NCBI GenBank assembly: GCA_965216565.1
Contig: OZ244170.1
Span: 2,720,001-2,784,000 of the forward strand
DNA from: Bythopirellula sp.
GTDB taxonomy: Bacteria > Planctomycetota > Planctomycetia > Pirellulales > Lacipirellulaceae
Reading direction: 5' to 3'
Length of the DNA stretch: 64,000 bases
The position numbers and the translations under genes are program-made. The notes under the pieces were generated by a model. The model saw only the letters and a program-made list of their open reading frames with translations. It had not been told where the DNA came from and ran no database searches. Below are positions 46,006 through 55,017 of the stretch, piece after piece; the stretch's first letter is position 1; each line of letters begins with the position of its first letter.

Positions 46006-47391
46006 TCAATTGCTTGCTGAATTCTGTGAGCCGAGCTCCGTGACCAACTGCGACATTTGTTCGTAGTCTTGCCATTCGCATTCTGTGCAGTCCTCGGTCA
46101 ATACAGGATACTTCCTACGTCTGAGGTTGTGATTCAGGACCAGGTATCTTGTCGATTGGGTCCGAGAACAAATGCAAAGCGTATGGGTCGAGGCAGTACC
46201 GACGTCGAGATAGCGGACCCCATCCAAGAGAGCCGATTCCCCTACACCCGTGGCAATGAGAAACACGTCTTTGTTGCTCGCCACAAACGAAGACGCATCG
46301 CCGAACTTGGCATCATTCACGTAGGCGACCTTTTTGGTCTTTACTCCCTTCTCTACCACCTCTTCCGCTTGTAATGGCACCCATTTGTTTTTCGTCACTT
46401 CTTTGCACTCAATCCATTTCACCGGGATATGGAATACCTTTCCGCCAGTTGCCATGGCAGCGGAGGAGATGAACGCGGCCTCAATGGGTTTGACGATTGC
46501 CGCAAAGGCGTCGATTCCCACCGTACCCAAGCAAGCGCTAATAGCACCCCCCACGGGTGAGCCGGCAAAAGTTCGCAGTCTCCATTTCACTCCCAATGAC
46601 CGCCGAAACGGGCTGATGTCTTTGTTCTCTAACGTCCCCACGGTGAACTGTTCCAGCCGTTTGCCGGAGTGCCGACACGCGTCTTGAATTAGTTTTCTAA
46701 GGACAGAAACTACATCCGAGTGGCTGTTGTCTGCCGTTGACTGTAGCCATTCGTTGGGGTCGAAGGATTCCCCCGCAGCATTCAACGAAGCGGCGATTGT
46801 TGAGCTAACGCATACGGTCAGATATTCGTCCGCCACGATTCGTTGAGGTCTCCCTCGAATGTCTCTGACAATCTCTCCGTCGGCATCCTTCTTCAGCACG
46901 TCGCGGAACGAGCCTGGAGGTCCGCCAACTATCATTGAAGCTGCTCCGGTGTAACCTCGTAGTAAGTCGCCGAGTCCATCTACGGGAATGCAGAGTAACT
47001 CTAGATCCAGATCTGGTTTTTCACGGCGCTCAAGTAGTGCACGGAAAGGTTTCCAAATCTGTTCGGCGTAATCGGGTTTATGATAGAAAGCTGCCGTTTC
47101 CTGTAACTCGGCAAACCGGATATTGAAATTCGCGTCGGCCAAGTAACCTAACATGGTACGCAACACCAGACGTCCGACCGTGGGCCGATACATTCCGCGG
47201 TCTTCGGTATCGTGACCTCCGATTCCTCGACCCATCAGCAAACTTGCCAGAATGCTGGCTTGTTCGGTGCATCTTGTCAGGTCTAACGCAGCGAGTCGAA
47301 CAGCAAGTTGCTCTGAGTTTTCTTTCTGCTCGCTTTCGAATTCTTCTGCTGCATTAAGGGTTGGGGGCGTTTGTGTCATGGGATCGATCAT
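46006..47391 (-). CDS. Divergent class II fructose-1,6-bisphosphatase (GlpX)-fold protein lacking catalytic motifs
   Basis: LDLTRCTEQA..MGRG, PVDG, DVFLIATGV..LLDGVRY and THTL..SRT..TRY align in order with GlpX. Confidence 0.7.
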   Translation of the reverse strand: MIDPMTQTPPTLNAAEEFESEQKENSEQLAVRLAALDLTRCTEQASILASLLMGRGIGGHDTEDRGMYRPTVGRLVLRTMLGYLADANFNIRFAELQETAAFYHKPDYAEQIWKPFRALLERREKPDLDLELLCIPVDGLGDLLRGYTGAASMIVGGPPGSFRDVLKKDADGEIVRDIRGRPQRIVADEYLTVCVSSTIAASLNAAGESFDPNEWLQSTADNSHSDVVSVLRKLIQDACRHSGKRLEQFTVGTLENKDISPFRRSLGVKWRLRTFAGSPVGGAISACLGTVGIDAFAAIVKPIEAAFISSAAMATGGKVFHIPVKWIECKEVTKNKWVPLQAEEVVEKGVKTKKVAYVNDAKFGDASSFVASNKDVFLIATGVGESALLDGVRYLDVGTASTHTLCICSRTQSTRYLVLNHNLRRRKYPVLTEDCTECEWQDYEQMSQLVTELGSQNSASN

Positions 47392-47427
47392 GGCTTTGGT
47401 CCACCAAAGGGCTTTGGTCCACCAAAG
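47392..47427. repeat. Tandem duplication of an 18-bp palindromic unit
   Basis: ggctttggtccaccaaag twice; core ctttggt-cc-accaaag. Confidence 0.8.
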
Positions 47428-47572
47428 CTAGTTAGTGAATTGTGGATTGGCTGCTTAGTAAATTAACTTGTTCAAGAAAACCAGCTTCGGTGGCATTGTG
47501 ATACACACTTTTATTCACGCCTAGTGGCCAATCTACAACGGGTACCGCCCGGAATCGAAGGATAGAGATTTT

Positions 47573-47585
47573 TTTGTTCAACAAA
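47573..47585. promoter_or_regulatory. Putative operator TTTGTTGAACAAA, copy 2 (reads TTTGTTCAACAAA on +)
   Basis: Reverse-complement identical to copies 1 and 3; partial sites at 47468 and 47599. Confidence 0.55.
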
Positions 47586-48147
47586 ATCTGTGCCGCCAGT
47601 TCAACAAGATTTTCCGAATTTCGGGCACCTGCGCGTTGCTAGGCTTTCGCAGGACGAAGATAATGGCATTAGCCCAGAGTGAGGGACATACTGGAATTTA
47701 CTGGAGCCCTCGCATGGCCTTGTTGGCCGATTTGTAAGTTGTAGTACCGAATCGGGCATAGGGGTTCAGAGGGCGTAAGGAGTGTGAAACAAGTTTCACA
47801 GCCGAAATTGCTGCGTCATTGTGAAGCCGAGGAGTCGGAAGGGATGCTTGCTATGCCAGGTTTTCCTCCAAAATTCAGCTCGTGCTTTTTTGACCTCGCG
47901 AATGCGATTTATTAAACTCATTGTTAGGTCTAATCTCAATTTCTTCCCTCAACACCAACTCAGTTTGCTCAGAAATCTATCTTCTCACTCCTCCTTCATC
48001 ACCTTTTCAATTTAACTTTTCGCTGGCCCAAATGGTTTGTTTGCTTGAGGGTTTGGAAAGTAGCCAGCGATTTCAGCGCATGCATCTTACGATCCAATAC
48101 TCAGCTTGCTCCACAACTTTGTGATCTAGAATCCCCGGGAGACTCAA

Positions 48148-49380
48148 ATGCCAATAGACACGCGAAAGAATCTGGAAGAGGCTCCAGCTAACGATACAGC
48201 GAACCACGACGGTCACGACTCCAAATCACGATGGCTCAGCTACGCTGCCGCGGGAGCAGCAGGTGCCGCGGCGGTTGCCGTCGGGTCTCAGGGCGATGCG
48301 GCACTGGTCTTGAATTCTGGCGATCTCGCCATGGGTTCGCTGCCTTATACGTTGACGCCTGACGAAGACCTCGCCTTGGATTTGAATAACGATGGCAACG
48401 TCGACATAACTTTACGCAATAGGCAAAGCCTCAACTTTTCCAACGACCCCAACTTAGGCGGACGGGCATTTGTTGATGGTTATTTTCTGGGAGCTTTCGG
48501 TCAGTACAATGGCAGCGGTGGTACGTACAACTACACAATTAACTTTAGCCGTGTCTCTTCGATTGGCCCAAATTTCACGAAGGACTTTTCCCCTCCTGTC
48601 TCGACGGGGGGCTCCACGTTATCGCAGGCAAACGGTTTCTGGGACTACGCAGTTGTTCAAGGTGCTGCTACTACGTCATCCTTCTTTTATGGAGGGTATG
48701 TGCGGGATGGTGGTGCCGGATTCCCGCTGAGTGGCTGGGGCAGCTGGTACGGAAGTAGCCCTCAATACACCAACAATGCTCCAGGCTTCCTGGGCGTCCG
48801 CTTTGATATCGGCGGCAGCACGCACTACGGGTTTGTTGAAATGGATATCGACCTTTCGGTCCTCAATGCGGCTGGTGGGTCGGCCAATGTGCTGAGGATA
48901 CTGAGCTATGGGTTTGAGGACGTTGCCGATGCCCAGATCAGTGGCCCCGGCGATGCGAATTTTGAACGGAACGATGCGGTTCCTATTGAATTCCAACTCG
49001 ATCCTGATCCAAATGCCGCTGACCCAAATGCCCTGGTTCGCGTTTATCCCAGCGGAATCGAAACCAATTGGCTGCGAGCCCAAGACCACGTCGACGGTTT
49101 AGATTTCTTGAAATGGCAAACTGGATTTGGCGATCCCAATGCCACACAGCGGGACGGCGATGCCAATCGCGACGGCGTTGTCGATGGCCAAGACTTGGCA
49201 ATTTGGGAAAACCAATATGGGGAAGCGCGAAGCCACGACAATACGCAGGTACCGCTTAATCCCAATGTTGCCACGGTTCCGGAACCGAATTCCTTGGGCC
49301 TACTCGCCTTGGGAGCCTCCGGGTTGATGGTGTTACGACGATTCCGTCGTTTGCAACGCAAGCAGAATCAGGGAGAGTGA
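48148..49380 (+). CDS. PEP-CTERM protein with RWLSYAAA leader and dockerin-like repeats
   Basis: GGAG RBS; DLNNDG, FLGVRFDIGG.THYGFVE, VPEPNSLGLLALGA..RRFRR. Confidence 0.88.
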   Translation: MPIDTRKNLEEAPANDTANHDGHDSKSRWLSYAAAGAAGAAAVAVGSQGDAALVLNSGDLAMGSLPYTLTPDEDLALDLNNDGNVDITLRNRQSLNFSNDPNLGGRAFVDGYFLGAFGQYNGSGGTYNYTINFSRVSSIGPNFTKDFSPPVSTGGSTLSQANGFWDYAVVQGAATTSSFFYGGYVRDGGAGFPLSGWGSWYGSSPQYTNNAPGFLGVRFDIGGSTHYGFVEMDIDLSVLNAAGGSANVLRILSYGFEDVADAQISGPGDANFERNDAVPIEFQLDPDPNAADPNALVRVYPSGIETNWLRAQDHVDGLDFLKWQTGFGDPNATQRDGDANRDGVVDGQDLAIWENQYGEARSHDNTQVPLNPNVATVPEPNSLGLLALGASGLMVLRRFRRLQRKQNQGE

Positions 49381-49474
49381 ATCTTTGTCCCCGTCCTGAG
49401 TGGCAGTAGGGTGGATTGGCAGAACCAGTTTTCGAACACTACTAAATTTTGATACTTCGAGAGGGAGACGTCTA

Positions 49475-50221
49475 ATGAAGTCGAACAAAGAGAATACTAG
49501 TCAACGCAAGTGGAACAAAAAAAACGAGAGCAAGAGTTCCAAGGGCCGTTGGCTAAGCTATGCCGCCGCCACAGGTGCCGCAGCTTTAACCGCTGGCCAG
49601 GCAGACGCAGTCACATTGCAATTCCCTGGTAGCGGAAGTGTCGGACCCGATGGATCGGTGGCGCTCGACCTCAATGGCGATACAACCACTGACGTCACCA
49701 TCTTCAATTTGTACAGCACAAGCTTCTATGGTACAGGCTCGGCGGGAAGGGCCGGTGCAAGCGGGTCGGTGCTCGGCTACTACGGTGGCTACTTCAGTAC
49801 TGGCAAGTCTTACCTCTATGCGAAGAAGTTCAGCAACTTCTCGTCGATCACGCCAAGTTTTTCGGGTCCAGGGAATCCTGGCTACTACACCTCGGGCATC
49901 AACAGCGGTACCCAGCATTACATGCGAGATGGTAACGGTTTCCCCCTTAGTGGATGGGGCGGAAGCTACAATGGCCCTGGTCTGTTGGGTGTTCGCTTCG
50001 ATATCGGCGGCAATTCGCACATGGGATTCGTAGAAATCTCTGTGGACCCCAGTAACAACACCAATGGAGCACCTGGCAATATTCCTACTATTATTAGCTT
50101 TGGATACGAAACGCAGCCAAACACGGCGCTAAGCAATCCCGTCCCGGAGCCAACCTCGTTAGGCTTGCTCGCCATGGGAGCTGCGGGTTTGGCAACTCTG
50201 CGTCGACGTCGCAAAGCATAG
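49475..50221 (+). CDS. PEP-CTERM protein, paralog of the 48148 gene
   Basis: GAGGGAG RBS; RWLSYAAA, RDG.GFPLSGWG, LLGVRFDIGG.SHMGFVE, VPEPTSLGLLAMGA..RRRRK. Confidence 0.88.
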   Translation: MKSNKENTSQRKWNKKNESKSSKGRWLSYAAATGAAALTAGQADAVTLQFPGSGSVGPDGSVALDLNGDTTTDVTIFNLYSTSFYGTGSAGRAGASGSVLGYYGGYFSTGKSYLYAKKFSNFSSITPSFSGPGNPGYYTSGINSGTQHYMRDGNGFPLSGWGGSYNGPGLLGVRFDIGGNSHMGFVEISVDPSNNTNGAPGNIPTIISFGYETQPNTALSNPVPEPTSLGLLAMGAAGLATLRRRRKA

Positions 50222-50258
50222 GCTTTGGCGAATACAATAGAGAGACTAGGTATCTGGG

Positions 50259-50285
50259 CAGCCGTTTCCCCACAGGAAGCGGCTG
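50259..50285 (+). terminator. Stem-loop between the PEP-CTERM genes and the sulfotransferase fusion
   Basis: cagccgtttcc-ccaca-ggaagcggctg with only a weak U-tract. Confidence 0.45.
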
Positions 50286-50338
50286 TCTTGCAATGTATTT
50301 GGTCACAAGCATTACGAAGGAATAGGTAAGAGCGAAAC

Positions 50339-53077
50339 ATGGCCGACACCCCTCGACGTCCAAAAGTCTTGCTAATTGGCTGGGACGGAGCAGACTGGCA
50401 GCATATCGAGCCATTGCTGGAACAGGGGTTGATGCCCAATCTGCAACGGATGATCTCCGGCGGGGTGATGGGTAACATCGCCACCCTCAACCCAATCTTG
50501 AGCCCAATGCTTTGGAACTCCGTGGCCACTGGTAAGATGGCCGACGAGCACGGAATCCTGGGGTTCAGCGAGCCTGACCCCGTTAACGGTGGTTCGCGAC
50601 CGTGCGCCAGTACGTCGAGAAAAGTGAAGGCGCTTTGGAATATCCTTTCGCAGGAAGGACTCGAAAGCAACATCGTCAATTGGTGGGCCAGCCATCCAGC
50701 CGAGCCAATCCGAGGTGCGATGGTTTCTAATTCATACCCCCACTCTCCATTTGTCCGGCAAAAGGGTTGGAAGAACCTCCCTGGACTGACTCACCCACCG
50801 GAATTAATCGACCAAATTGGCGAATTTCGGATGCATGTGACGGAAGTCACCGACCAAGAAATTTTGCCTTTTATTCCTCTCGCTGGCAAAGTCGACCAGG
50901 AGGAAGACCGTCTACTGGAAGTTTTTGCTAAGCAATTTGCCCAATGTGTCGCTATCCAATCGGCCGGCACCTGGTTGATGGAAAATCGTTCCTGGGATTT
51001 TACGGCAATTTACTTTGAAGGGATCGATCACTTCTGCCATGGGTTTATGCATCTGGCACCGCCACGGTTGCCTTATGTCAAGGAAGAGCAGTTTGAAATC
51101 TATAAGGACGTGATCACCGGAGCCTACCGATTCCATGACATGATGCTCGGCAGGCAATTGGCATTGGCTGGCGATGATGCCCATGTCATCCTCTGCTCGG
51201 ACCATGGATTCTTGAGCGGTGATCATCGGCCTCGCTTCACGCCCCGCGAACCTGCTGGACCGGCTTATTGGCATCGCGAGTTGGGTATTTTTGTGATGAA
51301 GGGACCGGGAATCCGTCGCGACGAGTTAGTGTTTGGTACTAGCCTGCTCGACATCACACCGACAATTCTCCACTTGTTCGGGCTACCGATTGGCGAGGAC
51401 ATGCGGGGCAGAGTTCGTCTGGATGCCTTTGAATCGCCGACCGAGGTGAAGACTATCCCCTCTTGGGAAGATGTCACCGGCGAGAGTGGGCAACATCCTC
51501 CAGGGACGGAGATGGATGCAGAGACCTCAAACGAATTGATGGAGCAGTTCGTAGCCTTGGGATATATCGAAGATCCTGGAAAAAACAAAGAAGAAGCGGC
51601 TCACAAGGCCGACATTGAGCTCCAATACAACTTAGCCAGAGTCTATTTGTTTACTGGTCGCCCTGACGAGGCAATGAAGATTTTTGAGCGCCTTACAGAG
51701 GACTCGCCTTGGGAAAATAGGTTCTTGCTAAATTTAGCGCGTTCCTACTACGAGTGTGGCTATTTGCGGCAGGCAGAGCGGCTCATGAGCACTGCCTATC
51801 CCAATGAAGAGAATTCGCCAGCGGTCGCATTGGCCTTGTATGGCCGGATTCTTGTTAGCCTCGGGCAACTCGAAGAGGGCCTCGATTTTCTTCAGAAGGC
51901 AGAAAACAAGCAAGCGACCTTAGCGGGACTGCATGTCGAAATCGCTCGCACTTATCTGGCTCAGCGGCAATGGTCGAAGGCGAAGCAGGCCGCCGAAAGC
52001 GAGCTGGCTCTAAATCCAAATTCTGCAGACGCACATGCCGCGCTAGCGACAGCTTATTTGCGATTGGGCGAGACAGAGGAAGCGATCGACTCAGCTCTGA
52101 CTTCGGTAAGCATCAAACATTGGTCGCCCAACACCCACTTTGTTCTCGGTGTTGCTGCGGCGCGGCTTGAGTGGTTTGAGCGGGCTGAGCGCGCACTGAA
52201 GACGGCAGTGCAGATGAGTCCTGGCCTGATCGTGGCCCATCGAATGCTAGCCAGGATCTATCGTCGCAATTTGGATCAAATAGATCGGGCTGCTTTTCAC
52301 ACAGAATTAGCCCAGCAGGAGCGAGACAGATTCAACGATTCGAGCCAAGCAAGAATGGAACGTGTCGAACAAATCTTTGATCTCCCGTCTATTCCAAATC
52401 CGAAAGAGCGATGGGATACGCTCAACGAGGAGCGACCAAGGGGCAAACCAGGCAAAGAAAAGACCAAGGAAAAGTCCGGCAAGACGTTTACTCTGGTCTC
52501 GGGACTTCCCCGATCGGGGACATCGCTAATGATGCAAATGCTCGACGCGGGGGGCATGATGCCCAAGACCGATGGCCAGCGTGTCGCAGACGACGACAAT
52601 CCTCAAGGATATCTTGAGTGGGAAGAAATCAAACAGATTGCCAAGAAACCAGAGCTCTTTGAGGAAGAAGATTTAGATCAACAAGTTATCAAGGTAATTT
52701 CGATGTTATTGCCGCAGCTTCCAACAGAGCACGATTATAATGTCATCTTTATGGATCGACCTCCGGAAGAAGTGGCCCGATCCCAGGCCAAGATGATTGA
52801 GCGGCTGGGCACCAAAGGTGCCGAGGGTGGCCCCGACAAAGTCCAACGGCAGCTTCAAGCTCATCGAGGTCAAACCTTGCGTTGGTTGAAAAATGCCAAG
52901 CACATGAATGTTTTGACTGTGGTCTATCCAGAACTGGTGAGCGACCCCGAATCGGAAGTGGCACGTGTGCGAGAGTTCCTGGGTTCTGACCGATTACCAG
53001 TGGCCGAGGCGATGGTAAATGCCGTGAAACCCGAGCTCTATCGGCAGAGACGTGATCAACCAAATGGCGAAGCGTAA
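50339..53077 (+). CDS. AlkP-superfamily (phosphodiesterase-like) + TPR + sulfotransferase fusion protein
   Basis: KVLLIGWDGADW, LSPMLW..ATG, SDHGF; central TPR-like repeats; VSGLPRSGTSLMMQML PAPS-binding motif. Confidence 0.85.
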   Translation: MADTPRRPKVLLIGWDGADWQHIEPLLEQGLMPNLQRMISGGVMGNIATLNPILSPMLWNSVATGKMADEHGILGFSEPDPVNGGSRPCASTSRKVKALWNILSQEGLESNIVNWWASHPAEPIRGAMVSNSYPHSPFVRQKGWKNLPGLTHPPELIDQIGEFRMHVTEVTDQEILPFIPLAGKVDQEEDRLLEVFAKQFAQCVAIQSAGTWLMENRSWDFTAIYFEGIDHFCHGFMHLAPPRLPYVKEEQFEIYKDVITGAYRFHDMMLGRQLALAGDDAHVILCSDHGFLSGDHRPRFTPREPAGPAYWHRELGIFVMKGPGIRRDELVFGTSLLDITPTILHLFGLPIGEDMRGRVRLDAFESPTEVKTIPSWEDVTGESGQHPPGTEMDAETSNELMEQFVALGYIEDPGKNKEEAAHKADIELQYNLARVYLFTGRPDEAMKIFERLTEDSPWENRFLLNLARSYYECGYLRQAERLMSTAYPNEENSPAVALALYGRILVSLGQLEEGLDFLQKAENKQATLAGLHVEIARTYLAQRQWSKAKQAAESELALNPNSADAHAALATAYLRLGETEEAIDSALTSVSIKHWSPNTHFVLGVAAARLEWFERAERALKTAVQMSPGLIVAHRMLARIYRRNLDQIDRAAFHTELAQQERDRFNDSSQARMERVEQIFDLPSIPNPKERWDTLNEERPRGKPGKEKTKEKSGKTFTLVSGLPRSGTSLMMQMLDAGGMMPKTDGQRVADDDNPQGYLEWEEIKQIAKKPELFEEEDLDQQVIKVISMLLPQLPTEHDYNVIFMDRPPEEVARSQAKMIERLGTKGAEGGPDKVQRQLQAHRGQTLRWLKNAKHMNVLTVVYPELVSDPESEVARVREFLGSDRLPVAEAMVNAVKPELYRQRRDQPNGEA

Positions 53078-53080
53078 AGT

Positions 53081-54910
53081 ATGAATGCCCTGCCTAGCAA
53101 AGCGAACCGAGGGGAACGGAGCAGCGACTTGTATTTGCGTAAGCTAAACATCGTGTTCTGCGTTGCTGGACTGCTCCTGGTTTTCGCAAGCCGAGCTCAT
53201 GCCGACACGATCATTAGCCCCACGAACACGAACATTCAATACACGGGCCGGTTCAGTCTCTCCAACCCGTCGCGGCCGGAGTTTGGCTGGTCTGGCAGTT
53301 CTATCATTGCCAATTTTGAGGGGACTTCTCTTTCGGCACGGTTCGACGATGACGGCGATAACTATCTGTACTACAGAATCGACGACGGCGATCCTGTTGA
53401 ATTAAATCTGAGCTCGAGTGCGTCCGACTATCTGCTTGCGTCAGGGTTGTCGGATGGTCAGCACAAGATAGAGATTGGTAAGAAGAGCGAGGGTACCTAC
53501 GGCGAGGTGAAGTTTCTGAATTTCCGACTCGATAATGGAAAAACTTTGACAGCGCCACCGCCCCGACCTCCAAGAAAGCTGATTTTCTTTGGAGACTCCA
53601 ACCAGGCTGGGTATTCCGCAGAAGAGATTTGCGATTGCGGAGGCTCGGAGAACGAAGATAGCTACTATACCTATCCAGCGATCACATCCCGGATGCTCGA
53701 TGCGGAGTTTCAGAATGTCTCGGCAAGTGGAATCACAATATCCCATTCGTGGAATATTCGAAACATCTGGAACAAAACCTATTACGGAAATGGTAGTGGC
53801 CCTACCTGGGATTCTAGTGGCGACGCTCCGGATGCCGTCATTATCAACTTGGGAGCTAACGATCTTTATGCGAGCCAAAGCAAGTCGCAGATCAAGAATG
53901 GCTGGAAGAATTTCATCAGCAACGAGTTGAGAGGTGCCTACCCGAACACGCACATCGTTTTGGCGAACTCCTATGGTTGGGACTCGAACGAACCGGCTAA
54001 CTATGTTCACGAAGCGGTCGAAGAATTGAACAATGCTGGGGATGCAAACGTTTCGTTTGTGAAGTTTCCTTGGCTGTGGAGCCAGGCGCACGCAGTCACT
54101 TTCGAGCAGGCTGGCTTTGCAAATATTTTGGCAGAGCATCTAGCTAACAAACTCGACTTGGAACAGCCCCCTCCGAATCAGCTATCGAGTTTTGCTCCGC
54201 CCGGACAGGTACCCAATGGAGATTTAGAGAAGAGCAACCTACCAGGTGTTCCCGATGGGTGGCGTTTTCAGGGCAGCGGTGCGACCTATGTGGAGGATGC
54301 CAGCGACGCGCACTCTGGAACCGCTTTCGCTCAAGTTACTGGAGGAAACTCATTTTTTTGGCACGCTACCGATGCGATCCCAGGTCATGAGTACCAGTTC
54401 GGAGCCTGGATGCGAAAGAACGGGAATGGAACCAGTGGTAAGCTGCGAATTCAATTCAAAGACCAAGGTCAGCAAGTAATCTCCACGTTCGATAAAATAG
54501 AAGCCGTGGACGAAAATTGGGAGGAAGTATCCTTCACCGCGACTGCCCCAGCGGGGGCCTGGCAAGTCTCTGTTTCCATACTCGCTGGTGGTGCCAATCA
54601 GACAATCGATTTCGATGATCTGGTGCTGGCAGACCTGAACGGCCCGCCCATTGCCCCGGCTGATTTCGATGAAGATGGCGACGTAGATAACGTGGACTTA
54701 GGAATTTGGCACGGTGCGTATGGAAGTAGCTCGCTGGCTGATGCAGATAACGATGGAGACAGCGATGGACTAGATTTTCTCCTTTGGCAAACCAATACAT
54801 CCTCGCAAACGTCAAGTTCGCTGAGCCCTGTGCCAGAACCAACAACATGGATCATTTTCCTGAGTGCTCTAACCGGAGTTAGTACCGTCGGACCTCGAAG
54901 CCTGCGATAG
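53081..54910 (+). CDS. SGNH/GDSL esterase (CE2-like) with CBM-like domain, dockerin-like repeats and PEP-CTERM
   Basis: IQYTGRF, FFGDS..AGY, INLGAND; NGDLE...PDGW domain; ADFDEDGDVD; VPEPTT. Confidence 0.8.
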   Translation: MNALPSKANRGERSSDLYLRKLNIVFCVAGLLLVFASRAHADTIISPTNTNIQYTGRFSLSNPSRPEFGWSGSSIIANFEGTSLSARFDDDGDNYLYYRIDDGDPVELNLSSSASDYLLASGLSDGQHKIEIGKKSEGTYGEVKFLNFRLDNGKTLTAPPPRPPRKLIFFGDSNQAGYSAEEICDCGGSENEDSYYTYPAITSRMLDAEFQNVSASGITISHSWNIRNIWNKTYYGNGSGPTWDSSGDAPDAVIINLGANDLYASQSKSQIKNGWKNFISNELRGAYPNTHIVLANSYGWDSNEPANYVHEAVEELNNAGDANVSFVKFPWLWSQAHAVTFEQAGFANILAEHLANKLDLEQPPPNQLSSFAPPGQVPNGDLEKSNLPGVPDGWRFQGSGATYVEDASDAHSGTAFAQVTGGNSFFWHATDAIPGHEYQFGAWMRKNGNGTSGKLRIQFKDQGQQVISTFDKIEAVDENWEEVSFTATAPAGAWQVSVSILAGGANQTIDFDDLVLADLNGPPIAPADFDEDGDVDNVDLGIWHGAYGSSSLADADNDGDSDGLDFLLWQTNTSSQTSSSLSPVPEPTTWIIFLSALTGVSTVGPRSLR

Positions 54911-55017
54911 AAGTCTTCCGGTCTGACAGAAAGCAATTTGCGTTATATTTAGAATATTTCGAGTGTTATTACTTAAGTCTCATCAAGTGTAGTGAGCGAA
55001 TTTGTGGAGCATTAATC

